Source of the DNA: a bacterium
GTDB taxonomy: Bacteria; Patescibacteriota; Andersenbacteria; UBA10190
Assembly: GCA_043811915.1 (NCBI GenBank)
Contig: JBDRMS010000009.1
Location: 9,960 to 73,959 of the forward strand
Length of the DNA stretch: 64,000 nucleotides
Direction of reading: 5' to 3'
The notes under the pieces were generated by a model. The model saw only the letters and a list, made by a program, of their open reading frames with translations. It was not told the DNA's origin and ran no database searches. The stretch's first letter is position 1. Each line of letters starts with the position of its first letter. A program made the translations under genes and the position numbers. Shown one piece after another: positions 19,489 to 29,643 of the stretch.

Positions 19489-20695
19489 CGATGTTATTAA
19501 TGTCGCGCCACCGCGTCCTCGCCGCGTTGCCACCCTGCTGGCGCTATTGCTCATTTTCAGCGTGGGCCTGTTTATCGGCCGTTACCTCTTACCCGCCGGC
19601 GAGTTCAAATATTCCGCCCTGCAGTTTGTCACCGCTGAAGATGGCGAGCGTCAGCTCGTCTTTCCTACTTTTTGGGAAGCCTGGGACAAGCTGCACGCCA
19701 ATTTTATCAATGAGTTAGTTGACGAAGACCTTTACTATGGTTCGGTGGCGGGTATGGTCAAAGCCGCCGGCGATCCCTACACCGTGTTTGCTCCTCCCCC
19801 CGAAACCAGGCAATTTGAAGAAAATATTTCCGGCAGCTTTTTTGGTGTTGGCATTGAGATAGGCATTCGTGGTGACGCCGTTACCGTTATTGCCCCCTTA
19901 AGTGGCTCTCCTGCTGAAGTAGCCGGGATTTTAAAGGAAGATATTATTGTCGCCGTGGACAAAGACTCCATCACCCCAGATACCTCCATTGATGAGGTGG
20001 TACAAAAAATCAGAGGCCCGCAAGGTGAACCTGTTGTTCTCACAGTTTTACACAAAGGCGCTTCTAAAACCGAGGACATAACCGTCATTCGCGATAATAT
20101 CAAAATAGAAAGCGTTAAAGCCAGCATAGAAAACGATATTGCTTATATTGCCATAACCAATTTCAACGAAGACACCGCCAATCGCTTTGACCAGGTCGCC
20201 CGTCAAGCCGCCAGTGCCAAAGTCCGCGGTATCATAATTGACGTCCGCGGCAACCCCGGCGGATTTTTAAACACCGCCGTTGATATAACTTCACGCTTCC
20301 TGCCTAAAGAAGCGGTAGTTGTAACCGAGCAGGGCAAGGAGAATAAAGAATACAAAGCCAAGGGCAACGCGCTTCTTCAAGGCATCCCCACCGTAGTACT
20401 GGTTGACGGTGGCTCCGCTTCCGCCTCTGAAATTCTGGCTGGCGCCCTTCAAGACACTCTCTCCATTCCCATAATTGGCACCCAAACCTTTGGCAAAGGC
20501 TCCGTTCAGGAATTTATGAAGCTGTCAGACAACTCCAGCATGCGTGTCACCGTGGCCAAATGGTACACTCCCAATGGGCGCTCTATCAGCGACGAGGGTA
20601 TTACGCCTACCATAGTTGTAGAGCAGGACAGGGAAACCAAAGAAGATGAGCAGTTGCTGCGCGCTCGCGAAGAACTTGCCAAACTAATAAACTAA
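19481..20695 (+). CDS. S41 family C-terminal processing protease with PDZ domain
   Basis: N-terminal [39 protein letters not shown]. Confidence 0.93.
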   Translation: MIDDVINVAPPRPRRVATLLALLLIFSVGLFIGRYLLPAGEFKYSALQFVTAEDGERQLVFPTFWEAWDKLHANFINELVDEDLYYGSVAGMVKAAGDPYTVFAPPPETRQFEENISGSFFGVGIEIGIRGDAVTVIAPLSGSPAEVAGILKEDIIVAVDKDSITPDTSIDEVVQKIRGPQGEPVVLTVLHKGASKTEDITVIRDNIKIESVKASIENDIAYIAITNFNEDTANRFDQVARQAASAKVRGIIIDVRGNPGGFLNTAVDITSRFLPKEAVVVTEQGKENKEYKAKGNALLQGIPTVVLVDGGSASASEILAGALQDTLSIPIIGTQTFGKGSVQEFMKLSDNSSMRVTVAKWYTPNGRSISDEGITPTIVVEQDRETKEDEQLLRAREELAKLIN

Positions 20696-20705
20696 TCATC
20701 AGAAA

Positions 20706-21209
20706 ATGAAAAAGAAAGTTCAAGTAATTCTCCTTGAAGATGTTATCTCCCTAGGCTCCGCCGGGGATATTATCTTTGTGTCTGAAGGCTACGCTCGCAA
20801 TCTTTTATTTCCGCAAGGCAAAGCCGCCCTGGCCAGTGAACAGGCAATAACCAGCGCCGAAGAAAAAAAAGAGAAAACAAAAATAGCCGCCACAAGGAAA
20901 TTAGCCGACTTGCAGGCCCGGGCCCAGGCTCTGGAAGGCACCGAACTTATTATCACCGCTAAAGCCAAAGAAGGCGAAGGAGATGAGCTTTATGGCAGTA
21001 TTACCGCCGCTCAAATTGCTAAACAATTTAATGCCTCTTCCGGACTCGATATCAAAACCAAAAATATTGCCTTAGAAAAACCGATTACCGCTCTCGGCCA
21101 TTACGATATAACAATCAAATTATCCGCTGACGTTGAAACAACAATTCGCGTTACCGTTACTCCAGAGGAAGAAGTCTCCGCCCATGCTGGCAAGCAAAAA
21201 GAAGCCTAA
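20706..21209 (+). CDS. rplI: 50S ribosomal protein L9
   Basis: VILLEDV..LG..GD...V..GYARNLL.PQG.A; LYGSIT. Confidence 0.96.
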   Translation: MKKKVQVILLEDVISLGSAGDIIFVSEGYARNLLFPQGKAALASEQAITSAEEKKEKTKIAATRKLADLQARAQALEGTELIITAKAKEGEGDELYGSITAAQIAKQFNASSGLDIKTKNIALEKPITALGHYDITIKLSADVETTIRVTVTPEEEVSAHAGKQKEA

Positions 21210-22851
21210 ATATATCTTCGTCACCGGCGGGGTTTTGTCCGGTCTGGGTAAAGGCATTACCGCCGCTTCTATCGGCAACATTCTCAAGGAGCGGGGCCTT
21301 TCCGTTAACATGCAAAAATTTGACCAGTATATCAACGTCGACGCCGGTACTCTAAATCCCGCCGAACACGGCGAGGTGTTTGTCACCGACGACGGCGCTG
21401 AATGTGATCTTGATCTGGGACATTACGAGCGCTTTCTCAATAAAAATCTGACCGCCGAATCATCTATTATGACCGGCCGCATCTACTTGTCGCTCATCGC
21501 CCGGGAGCGGAAAGGGGAGTACCTGGGTAAAACTGTTCAGATTATCCCCCACGTCACTGATGAAGTAAAAAAATACGCCCGCGTCGCCGCTCAAAAAAAT
21601 AATTATGACGTCCACATCGTTGAAATTGGCGGCACGGTTGGTGACGATGAGGGTTTCCACTTTATTGAAGCCGCCCGGCAGATGCGATTGGAGGAGGGGA
21701 AAGATAATGTATTATACGTCCACGTTGTTTTCCTGCCCTACCTTAAAGCCAGTGATGAAGTTAAAACCAAACCGGCCCAGAACAGTGTGCGCGATCTGCG
21801 CAGTATTGGTATTCAGCCCGACGTGTTAATCGCCCGCACTGACCACCCGGTCGCCAATGGTATTAAAGATAAGTTGTCTTTGTACACTAACGTCGAGACG
21901 GCAGCCATCCTGCCTCTGCCCACCGTCCCCAGCGTTTACGAAGTGCCGCTCATTATGGAGCAGAATAATCTTCACGAAGTAATTGCCGCCAAATTAAACC
22001 TCAAGCTCAAGCGGCGGGTAAAGCCAGACTGGACTAACCTGGTTGCCAAAATAAAACAGGACAAACCGAAGCTAACCATCGCCCTGGCCGGCAAGTACAC
22101 TACTATGCTGGACACTTACTCCAGCGTTATTGAGGCCCTCAAAGCCGCCTGCTGGCGGGGCGACTGCAATCTGAACCTGCGCTGGGTCGACGCCGAAGAA
22201 ATCGAAACAAGCGATACTGAACCGCTGCTCAAAGACGTCGCTGGCGTTGTTGTCCCCGGCGGGTTTGGCACTCGCGGCATCGAGGGAAAAATTAAAGCTA
22301 TTCAATATGCCCGGGAAAATAAGATTCCATATCTCGGCCTGTGTCTTGGCATGCAACTAGCCGTAGTGGAGTTTGCCCGTAACGTCGCTGGCATAAAAAA
22401 TGCCACCAGCCAGGAGTGCGCCGACGAGCCGGCTAAGCCTGCCCAGCGTAGCCCCGCCGAGGCGGGGCGAAGTTGGGTCATCCACATCATGGCCAACCAG
22501 AAAACTATCACTGACAAAGGCGGCACCATGCGGCTGGGTGGCTGGGACTGTATACTTGATAAAAACTCCTTTGCCTATCAGGCTTACGGCCAAAAAGAGA
22601 TCAGGGAGCGCCACCGACACCGCTACGAATTCAATAACGATTTCCGCCAGCAACTGCAAAACGCCGGCTTGCGCATCGCCGGCACCACTCCGGACAACAA
22701 ACTGGTAGAAATAGTCGAAGTAGTCGACCATCCCTGGTTTGTCGGTGTCCAGTACCACGCCGAGTTCACCAGCCGGCCTATAGGAGGCCACCCCCTGTTC
22801 AACGCCTTCATCAAAGCCGCCAAAAAATTAGAGCAGCGCACCGGTGGATGA
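21184..22851 (+). CDS. pyrG: CTP synthase
   Basis: KYIFVTGGVLSGLGKG, HGEVFVTDDG, KTKPAQ, GLCLGMQ, ERHRHRYE; likely start ATG 21184. Confidence 0.98.
   Translation: MLASKKKPKYIFVTGGVLSGLGKGITAASIGNILKERGLSVNMQKFDQYINVDAGTLNPAEHGEVFVTDDGAECDLDLGHYERFLNKNLTAESSIMTGRIYLSLIARERKGEYLGKTVQIIPHVTDEVKKYARVAAQKNNYDVHIVEIGGTVGDDEGFHFIEAARQMRLEEGKDNVLYVHVVFLPYLKASDEVKTKPAQNSVRDLRSIGIQPDVLIARTDHPVANGIKDKLSLYTNVETAAILPLPTVPSVYEVPLIMEQNNLHEVIAAKLNLKLKRRVKPDWTNLVAKIKQDKPKLTIALAGKYTTMLDTYSSVIEALKAACWRGDCNLNLRWVDAEEIETSDTEPLLKDVAGVVVPGGFGTRGIEGKIKAIQYARENKIPYLGLCLGMQLAVVEFARNVAGIKNATSQECADEPAKPAQRSPAEAGRSWVIHIMANQKTITDKGGTMRLGGWDCILDKNSFAYQAYGQKEIRERHRHRYEFNNDFRQQLQNAGLRIAGTTPDNKLVEIVEVVDHPWFVGVQYHAEFTSRPIGGHPLFNAFIKAAKKLEQRTGG
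22438..22477 (+). repeat. palindromic mini-element in frame inside pyrG
   Basis: CCTGCCCAGCGTAG-CCCCGCCGAGGCGGG-GCGAAGTTGGG; arms match 12866-12908 and the reverse complement of 12805-12845. Confidence 0.8.
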
Positions 22852-22910
22852 ACAAGCACCAGTCATAAAAACAAGTAGGTCAGTATCACCAACCCACCTG
22901 ATAACACCCC

Positions 22911-23183
22911 CTATTTCACGCTAACAACAGTTTTTTGCTTCAAGCTTCCTGCAAAGTTTCTGATTTTTTGTCGGCTGAACTTCACTATTCCCTCTATCGC
23001 GGCGTATAGTGTATCATCACAACCAATTCTAACACCCGGCCCTGCCTGATAACGAGAGCCTCGCTGCCGAATGATAATCTGGCCTGCTCGCGCCTGCTGG
23101 CCACCATAAACCTTCACGCCCAGCCGCTTACTTTCTGAATCTCTTCCTAATTGTGTTGACCCTCCGGCTTTCTTGTGTGCCAT
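22911..23183 (-). CDS. rpmA: 50S ribosomal protein L27
   Basis: [29 protein letters not shown]. Confidence 0.98.
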   Translation of the reverse strand: MAHKKAGGSTQLGRDSESKRLGVKVYGGQQARAGQIIIRQRGSRYQAGPGVRIGCDDTLYAAIEGIVKFSRQKIRNFAGSLKQKTVVSVK

Positions 23184-24385
23184 AATGTTAACTCCCTTCC
23201 TAGTAAGGCATCAGGCCGGGCGTAGATAATCGTGCCTCGTTCCGATACCCTATAATTCTGTTTAAGTTCGTCAGGTAAGAGTTGACTCAAACTATAGCCG
23301 AGTTTACGAACCTCGTCAAGAAAACCGTCAGGCAGACAGTCGTAAGCTACCTTGTCCACCGACTTGTTTGCAAAAGCAGGTAGGGCAAATACAATCCACG
23401 CCTCATCCTTCAAAACCGACCTAATATTTTTGAAAAAATCTAAATATAATCCCTCCGACTCCCGCATTCTTTTCTCCAGCGCCGTCCGGGGCAGGGGACT
23501 GGTCAGCGGCTCTCCTAGGTCTGGCTCCGTCACTACTGCATCAATTTTCCCTGCTAATTCTCCTGGAAAAGCTTCACGAACATTGTGCAGACTGATCACA
23601 GGACCCGCCGCCGACTCAAGTGACGCCAGGTTTTTACGAGAAGCTTCCACCATCCGCTCACTAATATCCGACCCTATCACTCGATACCCCATTAAATATC
23701 CCTCCTGCAAAATAGTGCCCAGGCCGCAGAACGGATCTAAAATAGTCGGTGGCCGGCCAGGGAAAGAGGGGACTAAATTCAACATAATTTGCGCCAGTTT
23801 CGGCGGCAGCATACCTACCCGGGCATCCCTGACCGGCCGGCTTGTATCCCGCTTCTCATACGCCTGAATGTCCTGGATCTGCACTGTCTCGGCCAAAAGA
23901 TATTCATCTCCGCATTTAATAATGGTCAGCTCCTTGTTGGGCGGAGAAGTGAGCTTGTTAAAAATAATCTGCGCCGCATTCAACCGCCCGCCCCTTTTTT
24001 GCGGCAAAATAAACTTCACTTTTACAGCTTCTTGCTTAAAAAGTTTCTTCACTTCAAAACCAATTCGCCTGACATCATACCCGTCCCCAATATTCAACGT
24101 GCTAATACCCAGGTTAAATTTGCTCGGGGCAGGGGACAGGACTTGTGCCAACTCTTCTGCTGTCCAAGCACTCTCTTGCTTCGCTCGCAATTTTGCTATT
24201 CTGTCCACCCCCCCCAAACACGACAAAAAATCATCCGGCAAAGATTCCGGCAAATCAAGCCACAGAAATTTCTCCCGACCCGCTTTAATCCGGGGGAGTA
24301 GACCCTCTCTCTTCAGGGTGGTCACCAGCTCAATAGCCGACAGGGCTGGATTATTGCCCAGAAAAAAAATATATGAATTCATCAT
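23147..24385 (-). CDS. Trm11/THUMP-like SAM-dependent RNA methyltransferase
   Basis: [37 protein letters not shown]; start taken at MMNSY to avoid overlap with the divergent gene. Confidence 0.85.
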   Translation of the reverse strand: MMNSYIFFLGNNPALSAIELVTTLKREGLLPRIKAGREKFLWLDLPESLPDDFLSCLGGVDRIAKLRAKQESAWTAEELAQVLSPAPSKFNLGISTLNIGDGYDVRRIGFEVKKLFKQEAVKVKFILPQKRGGRLNAAQIIFNKLTSPPNKELTIIKCGDEYLLAETVQIQDIQAYEKRDTSRPVRDARVGMLPPKLAQIMLNLVPSFPGRPPTILDPFCGLGTILQEGYLMGYRVIGSDISERMVEASRKNLASLESAAGPVISLHNVREAFPGELAGKIDAVVTEPDLGEPLTSPLPRTALEKRMRESEGLYLDFFKNIRSVLKDEAWIVFALPAFANKSVDKVAYDCLPDGFLDEVRKLGYSLSQLLPDELKQNYRVSERGTIIYARPDALLGRELTLWHTRKPEGQHN

Positions 24386-24400
24386 GCTATTATTATAACC

Positions 24401-24919
24401 ATGTTCGACCTTACCACTTTGTGGGCCTGGCTGCAAAAAAACAAGCGCCACGCCGGCAAACTAATTCTCGCTCTCCTTATTTTCGCCGTCGGCTGGCAGT
24501 TGGGCAAAGTTATGTCGCCATACTACGCCTCGCATCCTATTATTTTTCAAGACAGGCCGTGCGTCGAAGGTGCCAGCTCATCCGGTGGCAGTCAGGTAGA
24601 ACTGCAAGCCCTACAGGAACAGGGCAGGGGAGAGCCGCCGTCAACATCAGCCGAGTCGGCTGGAGAAACACCTGCCGCAGCGGCCGGGAAAACACCCGAG
24701 CCGGCCGGGAAAACCCTTGGTGTTAACGAAGAAACACCAAGGGTTGAGGAGGCCGGCGCATTCGTCGGCTCCGTCAACTCCAATCTTTATCATCATAAAG
24801 ATTGCTCATCGGCGAGCCGCATCAAAGAAGAAAACAAAATATGGTTTGCCACCACCGAAGAAGCCGAAGCCGCCGGCTACTCACCCAGCAAATGCACCCG
24901 CGACAAACTGGGGATTTAA
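24401..24919 (+). CDS. membrane-anchored protein with C-terminal Ada-like zinc-binding domain
   Basis: TM helix, low-complexity linker, FVGSVNSNLYHHKDC...IKEENKIWF...AEAAGY.PSKC. Confidence 0.8.
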   Translation: MFDLTTLWAWLQKNKRHAGKLILALLIFAVGWQLGKVMSPYYASHPIIFQDRPCVEGASSSGGSQVELQALQEQGRGEPPSTSAESAGETPAAAAGKTPEPAGKTLGVNEETPRVEEAGAFVGSVNSNLYHHKDCSSASRIKEENKIWFATTEEAEAAGYSPSKCTRDKLGI

Positions 24920-24927
24920 TATAAAAT

Positions 24928-24947
24928 AGGGGATTGCTATCCCCTTT
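24928..24947 (+). terminator. intrinsic terminator
   Basis: AGGGGAT-TGCT-ATCCCCT followed by TT, just after the 24919 stop. Confidence 0.55.
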
Positions 24948-25334
24948 ACGCCAATTAGTTAGCTGGATAGCAACAGCAGTGCGGCTTTATCAAAAGTACG
25001 CCTTACCCGAACGGGGAAGAGAACACCAGAAAAAATATATTCCCATAAAATATGGCATACCGCCAGTCGGCGACACACATAAAAAGACAACTTGACATAT
25101 ATCACAAAATATGTGTTCTGCCTGTGGATAAAACAAAAAGGGGGAACGTAAGTATGCCAACGTCGCAAAAGGTACATTGTGCGGCGCTATGTCATGCCTC
25201 TCCTCAAGCACCATGACCCTTATGTCGCATTCCTGTCTATCACCATGCCTACACTGCACTGTGCTGTACATATCGGCACGGCTCCCTTTGCGTCACTCCC
25301 CGCTCAATAGTCCCCTAATATTTAGATCCGTTGA

Positions 25335-25529
25335 TTATGCAATCAAATAAGAAACAATCGTAAATCCAACAACGACCGCCGCAATAATAATCAAAAACCA
25401 TTTTAAAGTCTTAAAAATAAACCGGGTTATTACCGCAGTTAAGATCAATAAAAAACCACTGATCACATACCACTTATATGGCCCTTCCAGCTTAAGAAAA
25501 AAATCAACTATATCCCCTACTCCAGGCAT
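25335..25529 (-). CDS. small two-helix membrane protein
   Basis: 64 aa, two hydrophobic segments, co-oriented with the M23 gene. Confidence 0.6.
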   Translation of the reverse strand: MPGVGDIVDFFLKLEGPYKWYVISGFLLILTAVITRFIFKTLKWFLIIIAAVVVGFTIVSYLIA

Positions 25530-25542
25530 AATTAATAACTAT

Positions 25543-25677
25543 TTAGTCTTCCTCGCGTTTTAATAATTCACTCACCACCAGACGAATAATATAAAAAACG
25601 GCGTAGAACGGGCCCCATATAAAGACCGTCCATTCCACCACTTTCTCAAACATGCTATCAGGATCAAGGGCAACCAT
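25543..25677 (-). CDS. small membrane protein (44 aa, below ORF-track cutoff)
   Basis: MVALDPDSMFEKVVEWTVFIWGPFYAVFYIIRLVVSELLKREED*; fills the gap between two minus-strand genes. Confidence 0.5.
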   Translation of the reverse strand: MVALDPDSMFEKVVEWTVFIWGPFYAVFYIIRLVVSELLKREED

Positions 25678-25692
25678 AAAAAATACTAAAGA

Positions 25693-26895
25693 CTAAAGAA
25701 ATTTACGTGGATTCACCGGCACGTTATTCTCGCGTACTTCGAAGTGTAAGTGAGGCCCGGAAGAAAGCCCCGCTCCCGGACTACCGGGCGCCCCCCCAGT
25801 ATAACCGATAACAGTGCCGCGCGTGACCATTTGCCCTTCATTAACGGTGAAGCTGGACAGGTGGCCAAACACGGTAGACAAATTATCACCATGCAACAAT
25901 AACAAATAATTATAACCAGATCCCCCTGCACTGTTAACCCGCGCCACATAACCATCTGCCGGCGCTAGCACCGGCGTACCCACATTTTTGGGGATATCAA
26001 TGCCCGAATGCGGACCAATTAAGTAAGCATAAGGGTAATCAGAACAATGGAATTCACAAGAAATTCCCAAATTGGGCTGCACCGGCCAGTCGAATATTCC
26101 CACCGACGGCAGCTTGCTAATACCCCGTTTGCGCAATTCTTCCCTGATCTTCTCATCCAGGCGTTTAATTTCAGAATTCGCAGCATTATGTGCCTCCTTG
26201 GCCTCCTGTAACAGGCGCTGGTATTCACTCTCCTGTGACTTGGTTAGGTCCAGTATCCGTGCTTTCGATTCCTTATTAGTTATCAAAGCGGCCTGTTGTT
26301 GTTCCTGACGTTCCTGTAGAGTTTCCAGTGTTTTTCTGAAATCTTCCAGCTTTTGTTTCTTTTGCTCCAGCTCCTCCCTCAGCTGTTTAATGGCAGTAAG
26401 CGTTTTCTGTCCGCGTTGCTGCAATTCTTCTAGCGTCGATGCCTCATTCATCGCCTCTGAAAAAGTTGAATACTTAAGAAAAACTGTTACGCTGGATTGC
26501 TGATTCAAGTTATACAGGGAGCGCAGATATTCAGCTAAAAGGCCTTTCTGCCGGCTTATCTCCTCCTCCTTAATTTGTATTTCTCTTTCCACCGTATCAA
26601 TTTCCGCCCCCGTCGCCTCTATTTCCGCCACGGTTTGATCAATATTCAAGGACATTTGAGTAATACTGTCTTCAATAATGCCGATTTGATCCTCCAGTGT
26701 CCTGGCTTCTTTCTTCTTAATCTGGATATCCTCTTTAAATTTTTCAATACGCTTTTCCACATCCAGAAGACTCTCCTTCTTCGTCTTCAGGCTTTCTCTA
26801 AGTTCCTCTACCGTTTCCGCCAAAGCCGTACTACCGCCGGCACCAACACAAAGGAGGACGACCAAAGCCAGAACAAAAAATAGTTGCCAGCGCAT
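25693..26895 (-). CDS. coiled-coil M23 peptidoglycan endopeptidase (EnvC/CwlO-like architecture)
   Basis: Signal peptide, long coiled coil, HSGID and GPHLHFEVR zinc motifs intact. Confidence 0.92.
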   Translation of the reverse strand: MRWQLFFVLALVVLLCVGAGGSTALAETVEELRESLKTKKESLLDVEKRIEKFKEDIQIKKKEARTLEDQIGIIEDSITQMSLNIDQTVAEIEATGAEIDTVEREIQIKEEEISRQKGLLAEYLRSLYNLNQQSSVTVFLKYSTFSEAMNEASTLEELQQRGQKTLTAIKQLREELEQKKQKLEDFRKTLETLQERQEQQQAALITNKESKARILDLTKSQESEYQRLLQEAKEAHNAANSEIKRLDEKIREELRKRGISKLPSVGIFDWPVQPNLGISCEFHCSDYPYAYLIGPHSGIDIPKNVGTPVLAPADGYVARVNSAGGSGYNYLLLLHGDNLSTVFGHLSSFTVNEGQMVTRGTVIGYTGGAPGSPGAGLSSGPHLHFEVRENNVPVNPRKFL

Positions 26896-26898
26896 AAG

Positions 26899-26988
26899 CT
26901 AAATAAAACCAAGAGACAACATACCAAACACCACAATCAGGCCGATTATTGCGTACACAATGCGCTGCCATCTCTTCATCTTCCTCAT
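26899..26988 (-). CDS. putative 29-aa single-pass membrane peptide
   Basis: MRKMKRWQRIVYAIIGLIVVFGMLSLGFI*; fills the gltX-M23 gap with 3-4 nt spacing. Confidence 0.45.
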   Translation of the reverse strand: MRKMKRWQRIVYAIIGLIVVFGMLSLGFI

Positions 26989-26992
26989 GTCA

Positions 26993-28309
26993 CTATGATA
27001 ATTTATCCAGCGCTTTAACTAAACGTCTCCTTGTCTCTTCTTTACCCAACACTGCCGCTACCTCAAAAGGCCCAGGCGAGTTTGCCTGCCCCGTTAGCGC
27101 CACCCGCATCGGCCACAACACATCTCCCCTACCCAGTTTTTCCTCATCAATCCACTGCAGCAGCTCCCGTTCTAATTTTTCCTTGTTGAAATCGGTCTCC
27201 GGCGTGACGTCCAGTTTTTGCTCCAGTTTTTGCAGCAGCGCCTCTGCTGCCTCTTTTGTGCTGCCTCGCCACACCAGTAGCTCAAGTTCATATTCTCCTT
27301 TCCACTGTGGCAGAAAGAATTGTATTGCCGCCTTAAACTCTCCCAGTGTGCTAACCCGCTCCTGCTCCGTGGCGAGTGCCGCCGCCAGATAAGCATCATC
27401 CAAACCTTTAATCTCTGTCTCGTCCAGGTACGGCCTGACTTGCGTCAGCAGTTCCTGGCCGGACAATTTTCTCAAATAGTGCTTGTTAATCGCTGCCAGC
27501 TTTGACAAACAAAACACAGCCCCTCCTTTTTGCACTTTTTTCAATTCAAAAACATCAATCAATTCTTCATGGGTAAAAAATTCCCTGTCGTCTCCCGGAT
27601 TCCAACCCAGCAGTGCCAGGTAGTTAAGCAGTGCCTCGGGTAAGTAGCCATCCTTGTGGTATTTCAACAAGCTCACTGCTCCATCTCTTTTTGACAACTT
27701 TCTTCGCTGTTCGTTAAGCAGCAAAGGCAAATGGGCCCATTGAGGCTCCTGGTATCCCAGCGCTCGTTGTAGCAATATATGCCGGGGTGTATTGCTTATG
27801 TGATCTTCACCGCGTATCACATGAGAAATACCCATGGCTGCGTCGTCCACTACCACAGCTAAATGATACAAGGGATCTTGTGGTGTTCTGGCAATGATAA
27901 AATCGCCGCCCCACATATCCGTGGGTACTTTTATTTCCCCCCGAATAAGGTCATTAAAAGATACTTCCTCTTCCTCAACCTTGAATTTAACTGCCTGACT
28001 CCCCTTTTCCTGATAAGCCGCCCCGTTGTCCAGCAGCCGTTTAATAGCCGCCTCGTACAGATCGCCTCGCTCCGACTGGCGTGCTATTTCCCCGTCCCAC
28101 TCAATACCCAGCCAGGTTAATCCATCAATAATGTCCTGCACATATTTTTCTTCACTGCGCTCTTTATCTGTATCTTCAATCCGCACGACAAACGACCCGC
28201 CTGTCTTACGGGCAAACAATTCATTAAACAAAGCCACTCTGGCCGTTCCCACATGCAACGGCCCGGTCGGACTCGGTGCGATGCGTGTTGTCACTTCATG
28301 CTTAGCCAT
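26993..28309 (-). CDS. gltX: glutamate--tRNA ligase
   Basis: TRIAPSPTG.LHVG, RIEDTD, VVDD..MGISHVIRGEDH, KLSKR, LGWNP, RVALTG. Confidence 0.96.
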   Translation of the reverse strand: MAKHEVTTRIAPSPTGPLHVGTARVALFNELFARKTGGSFVVRIEDTDKERSEEKYVQDIIDGLTWLGIEWDGEIARQSERGDLYEAAIKRLLDNGAAYQEKGSQAVKFKVEEEEVSFNDLIRGEIKVPTDMWGGDFIIARTPQDPLYHLAVVVDDAAMGISHVIRGEDHISNTPRHILLQRALGYQEPQWAHLPLLLNEQRRKLSKRDGAVSLLKYHKDGYLPEALLNYLALLGWNPGDDREFFTHEELIDVFELKKVQKGGAVFCLSKLAAINKHYLRKLSGQELLTQVRPYLDETEIKGLDDAYLAAALATEQERVSTLGEFKAAIQFFLPQWKGEYELELLVWRGSTKEAAEALLQKLEQKLDVTPETDFNKEKLERELLQWIDEEKLGRGDVLWPMRVALTGQANSPGPFEVAAVLGKEETRRRLVKALDKLS

Positions 28310-28880
28310 ACAGCGCTTGCCTTAATTCATTTTTCTTTTTTTTATCCAATTGCGCCTCCAGTAAAATTATACGAATTATCAAGTCACGCATTTCCGGGTT
28401 GCTGCCTAGGGTTAAAAATTCATCAAAAGTAAACAATACTGGTGTTATTTTCTCCCCCGGCTCCAGGTCAGGTTCGGCCACCTGCTTGAGATCCCGACCA
28501 ATAAACGAGTGAACTAACCAGTCGACCTTACCACTGGGGCGATAAGTATGCCAGGCTATTAACTTAACTGCGCAGTAGCCGGTCTCTTCCTTTAGCTCCC
28601 GTCTCGCTGTCTCTTCTGGAGTTTCCCCCGGGTCAATAGACCCTCCCGGCGGCGTAATAACACACTGTCTGTCTGGCTGCTCATCCCTGGTAAGTAAAAT
28701 GCGACCATCCGGCAAAGATCCAACCACATGCGCCACACTGCTCCGTTTCATGCGCTCGTAAGTTTTAGTGCTGCCGTCATACAACTCCTGCTGCCACTGC
28801 CAGGCACTAAAAATCTCCCCCTGCCACACTTTTTTTGCCTTCTCTGGTATTGGATTATAGTAGTCAGGAATTATTGTCAT
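28302..28880 (-). CDS. NUDIX hydrolase (ADP-ribose pyrophosphatase-like)
   Basis: Nudix box GGSIDPGETPEETARRELKEETGY; start MTIIP follows TGCTATACT. Confidence 0.9.
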   Translation of the reverse strand: MTIIPDYYNPIPEKAKKVWQGEIFSAWQWQQELYDGSTKTYERMKRSSVAHVVGSLPDGRILLTRDEQPDRQCVITPPGGSIDPGETPEETARRELKEETGYCAVKLIAWHTYRPSGKVDWLVHSFIGRDLKQVAEPDLEPGEKITPVLFTFDEFLTLGSNPEMRDLIIRIILLEAQLDKKKKNELRQALYG

Positions 28881-28895
28881 TGCCTTTAGTATAGC

Positions 28896-28923
28896 AAAAA
28901 TCCCGGCATACACCGGGATTTTT
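28896..28923. terminator. bidirectional intrinsic terminator
   Basis: AAAAATCCCGG-CATACA-CCGGGATTTTT. Confidence 0.7.
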
Positions 28924-28947
28924 ACTTCCCCCCATAGGGCGCAAACG

Positions 28948-29532
28948 CTATTTCAGGGCTCCAGTGTACTGAGTCAAATTCTGCAGTTGCTGCTCGCTCA
29001 AGTTTTCTGCTGCCGTCACCGCCTCCGCAATTACATCAAAACTAACTGTGTGGGTATCACCCGGTTTCAATCCTTGTGTGCCTAGCTGATTCTGTATGTA
29101 GTCCTCAATATAGATGCGATGTTCATCTGTTACCGCGTAACTAGTCTGATTCTCTGACAACCAGCGGGTTGTTGCTCGTCTGGCCAAGTGGGTAAAACCA
29201 TCGCCTGCCTGCGCTACTTCTACATATCCTTCCTTTGTTCGCTTCGCCTCCGGTATGACTTCTCCAACCTCTTCTGAGCCAGTTACTCCCGCCGCTATTT
29301 TCGGTTCTTTCTGTATTACTTCTTCTCCTTCTTCTTCCGTTACTGCCACATCACTTTTGTCCGGCATCTCAGATTTAGTGGTTTCTTCGCCCGAGAAAGC
29401 GTAGATAGCAGCCGCTACAATCAGTATGATAATTAATGCTGAAACTGTCCGCGGCGATTCTTTTAAACGTTGCCACATCCCACTCTCACCCAATCCATTA
29501 TCTTCATTCATTTCTACCGTCACCTCCTTCAA
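28948..29532 (-). CDS. hypothetical membrane-anchored protein, LysM-like segment
   Basis: TM helix, acidic linker, YVEVAQAGDGFTHLARR resembles a LysM start. Confidence 0.65.
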   Translation of the reverse strand: MKEVTVEMNEDNGLGESGMWQRLKESPRTVSALIIILIVAAAIYAFSGEETTKSEMPDKSDVAVTEEEGEEVIQKEPKIAAGVTGSEEVGEVIPEAKRTKEGYVEVAQAGDGFTHLARRATTRWLSENQTSYAVTDEHRIYIEDYIQNQLGTQGLKPGDTHTVSFDVIAEAVTAAENLSEQQLQNLTQYTGALK

Positions 29533-29643
29533 AAAAATCTCTCAACATAAGTGAATATCATAACACCCTACGCCTCGTAGGCTTTATCGTCAATCACCAC
29601 TCACTGTGTAAAAGCCAGTTGTTTAGCTTAGTATAGCCATATA

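Noticed and set aside
24640-24720. Short imperfect repeats (GCCGGGAAAAC) in the Ada-domain gene
   Set aside because: Ordinary low-complexity linker duplication, unrelated to the palindromic families.
24927-25320. Possible tmRNA or RNase P RNA
   Set aside because: No tRNA-like 3' end with T-loop and CCA, and no GAGGAAAGTCC P4 motif on either strand.
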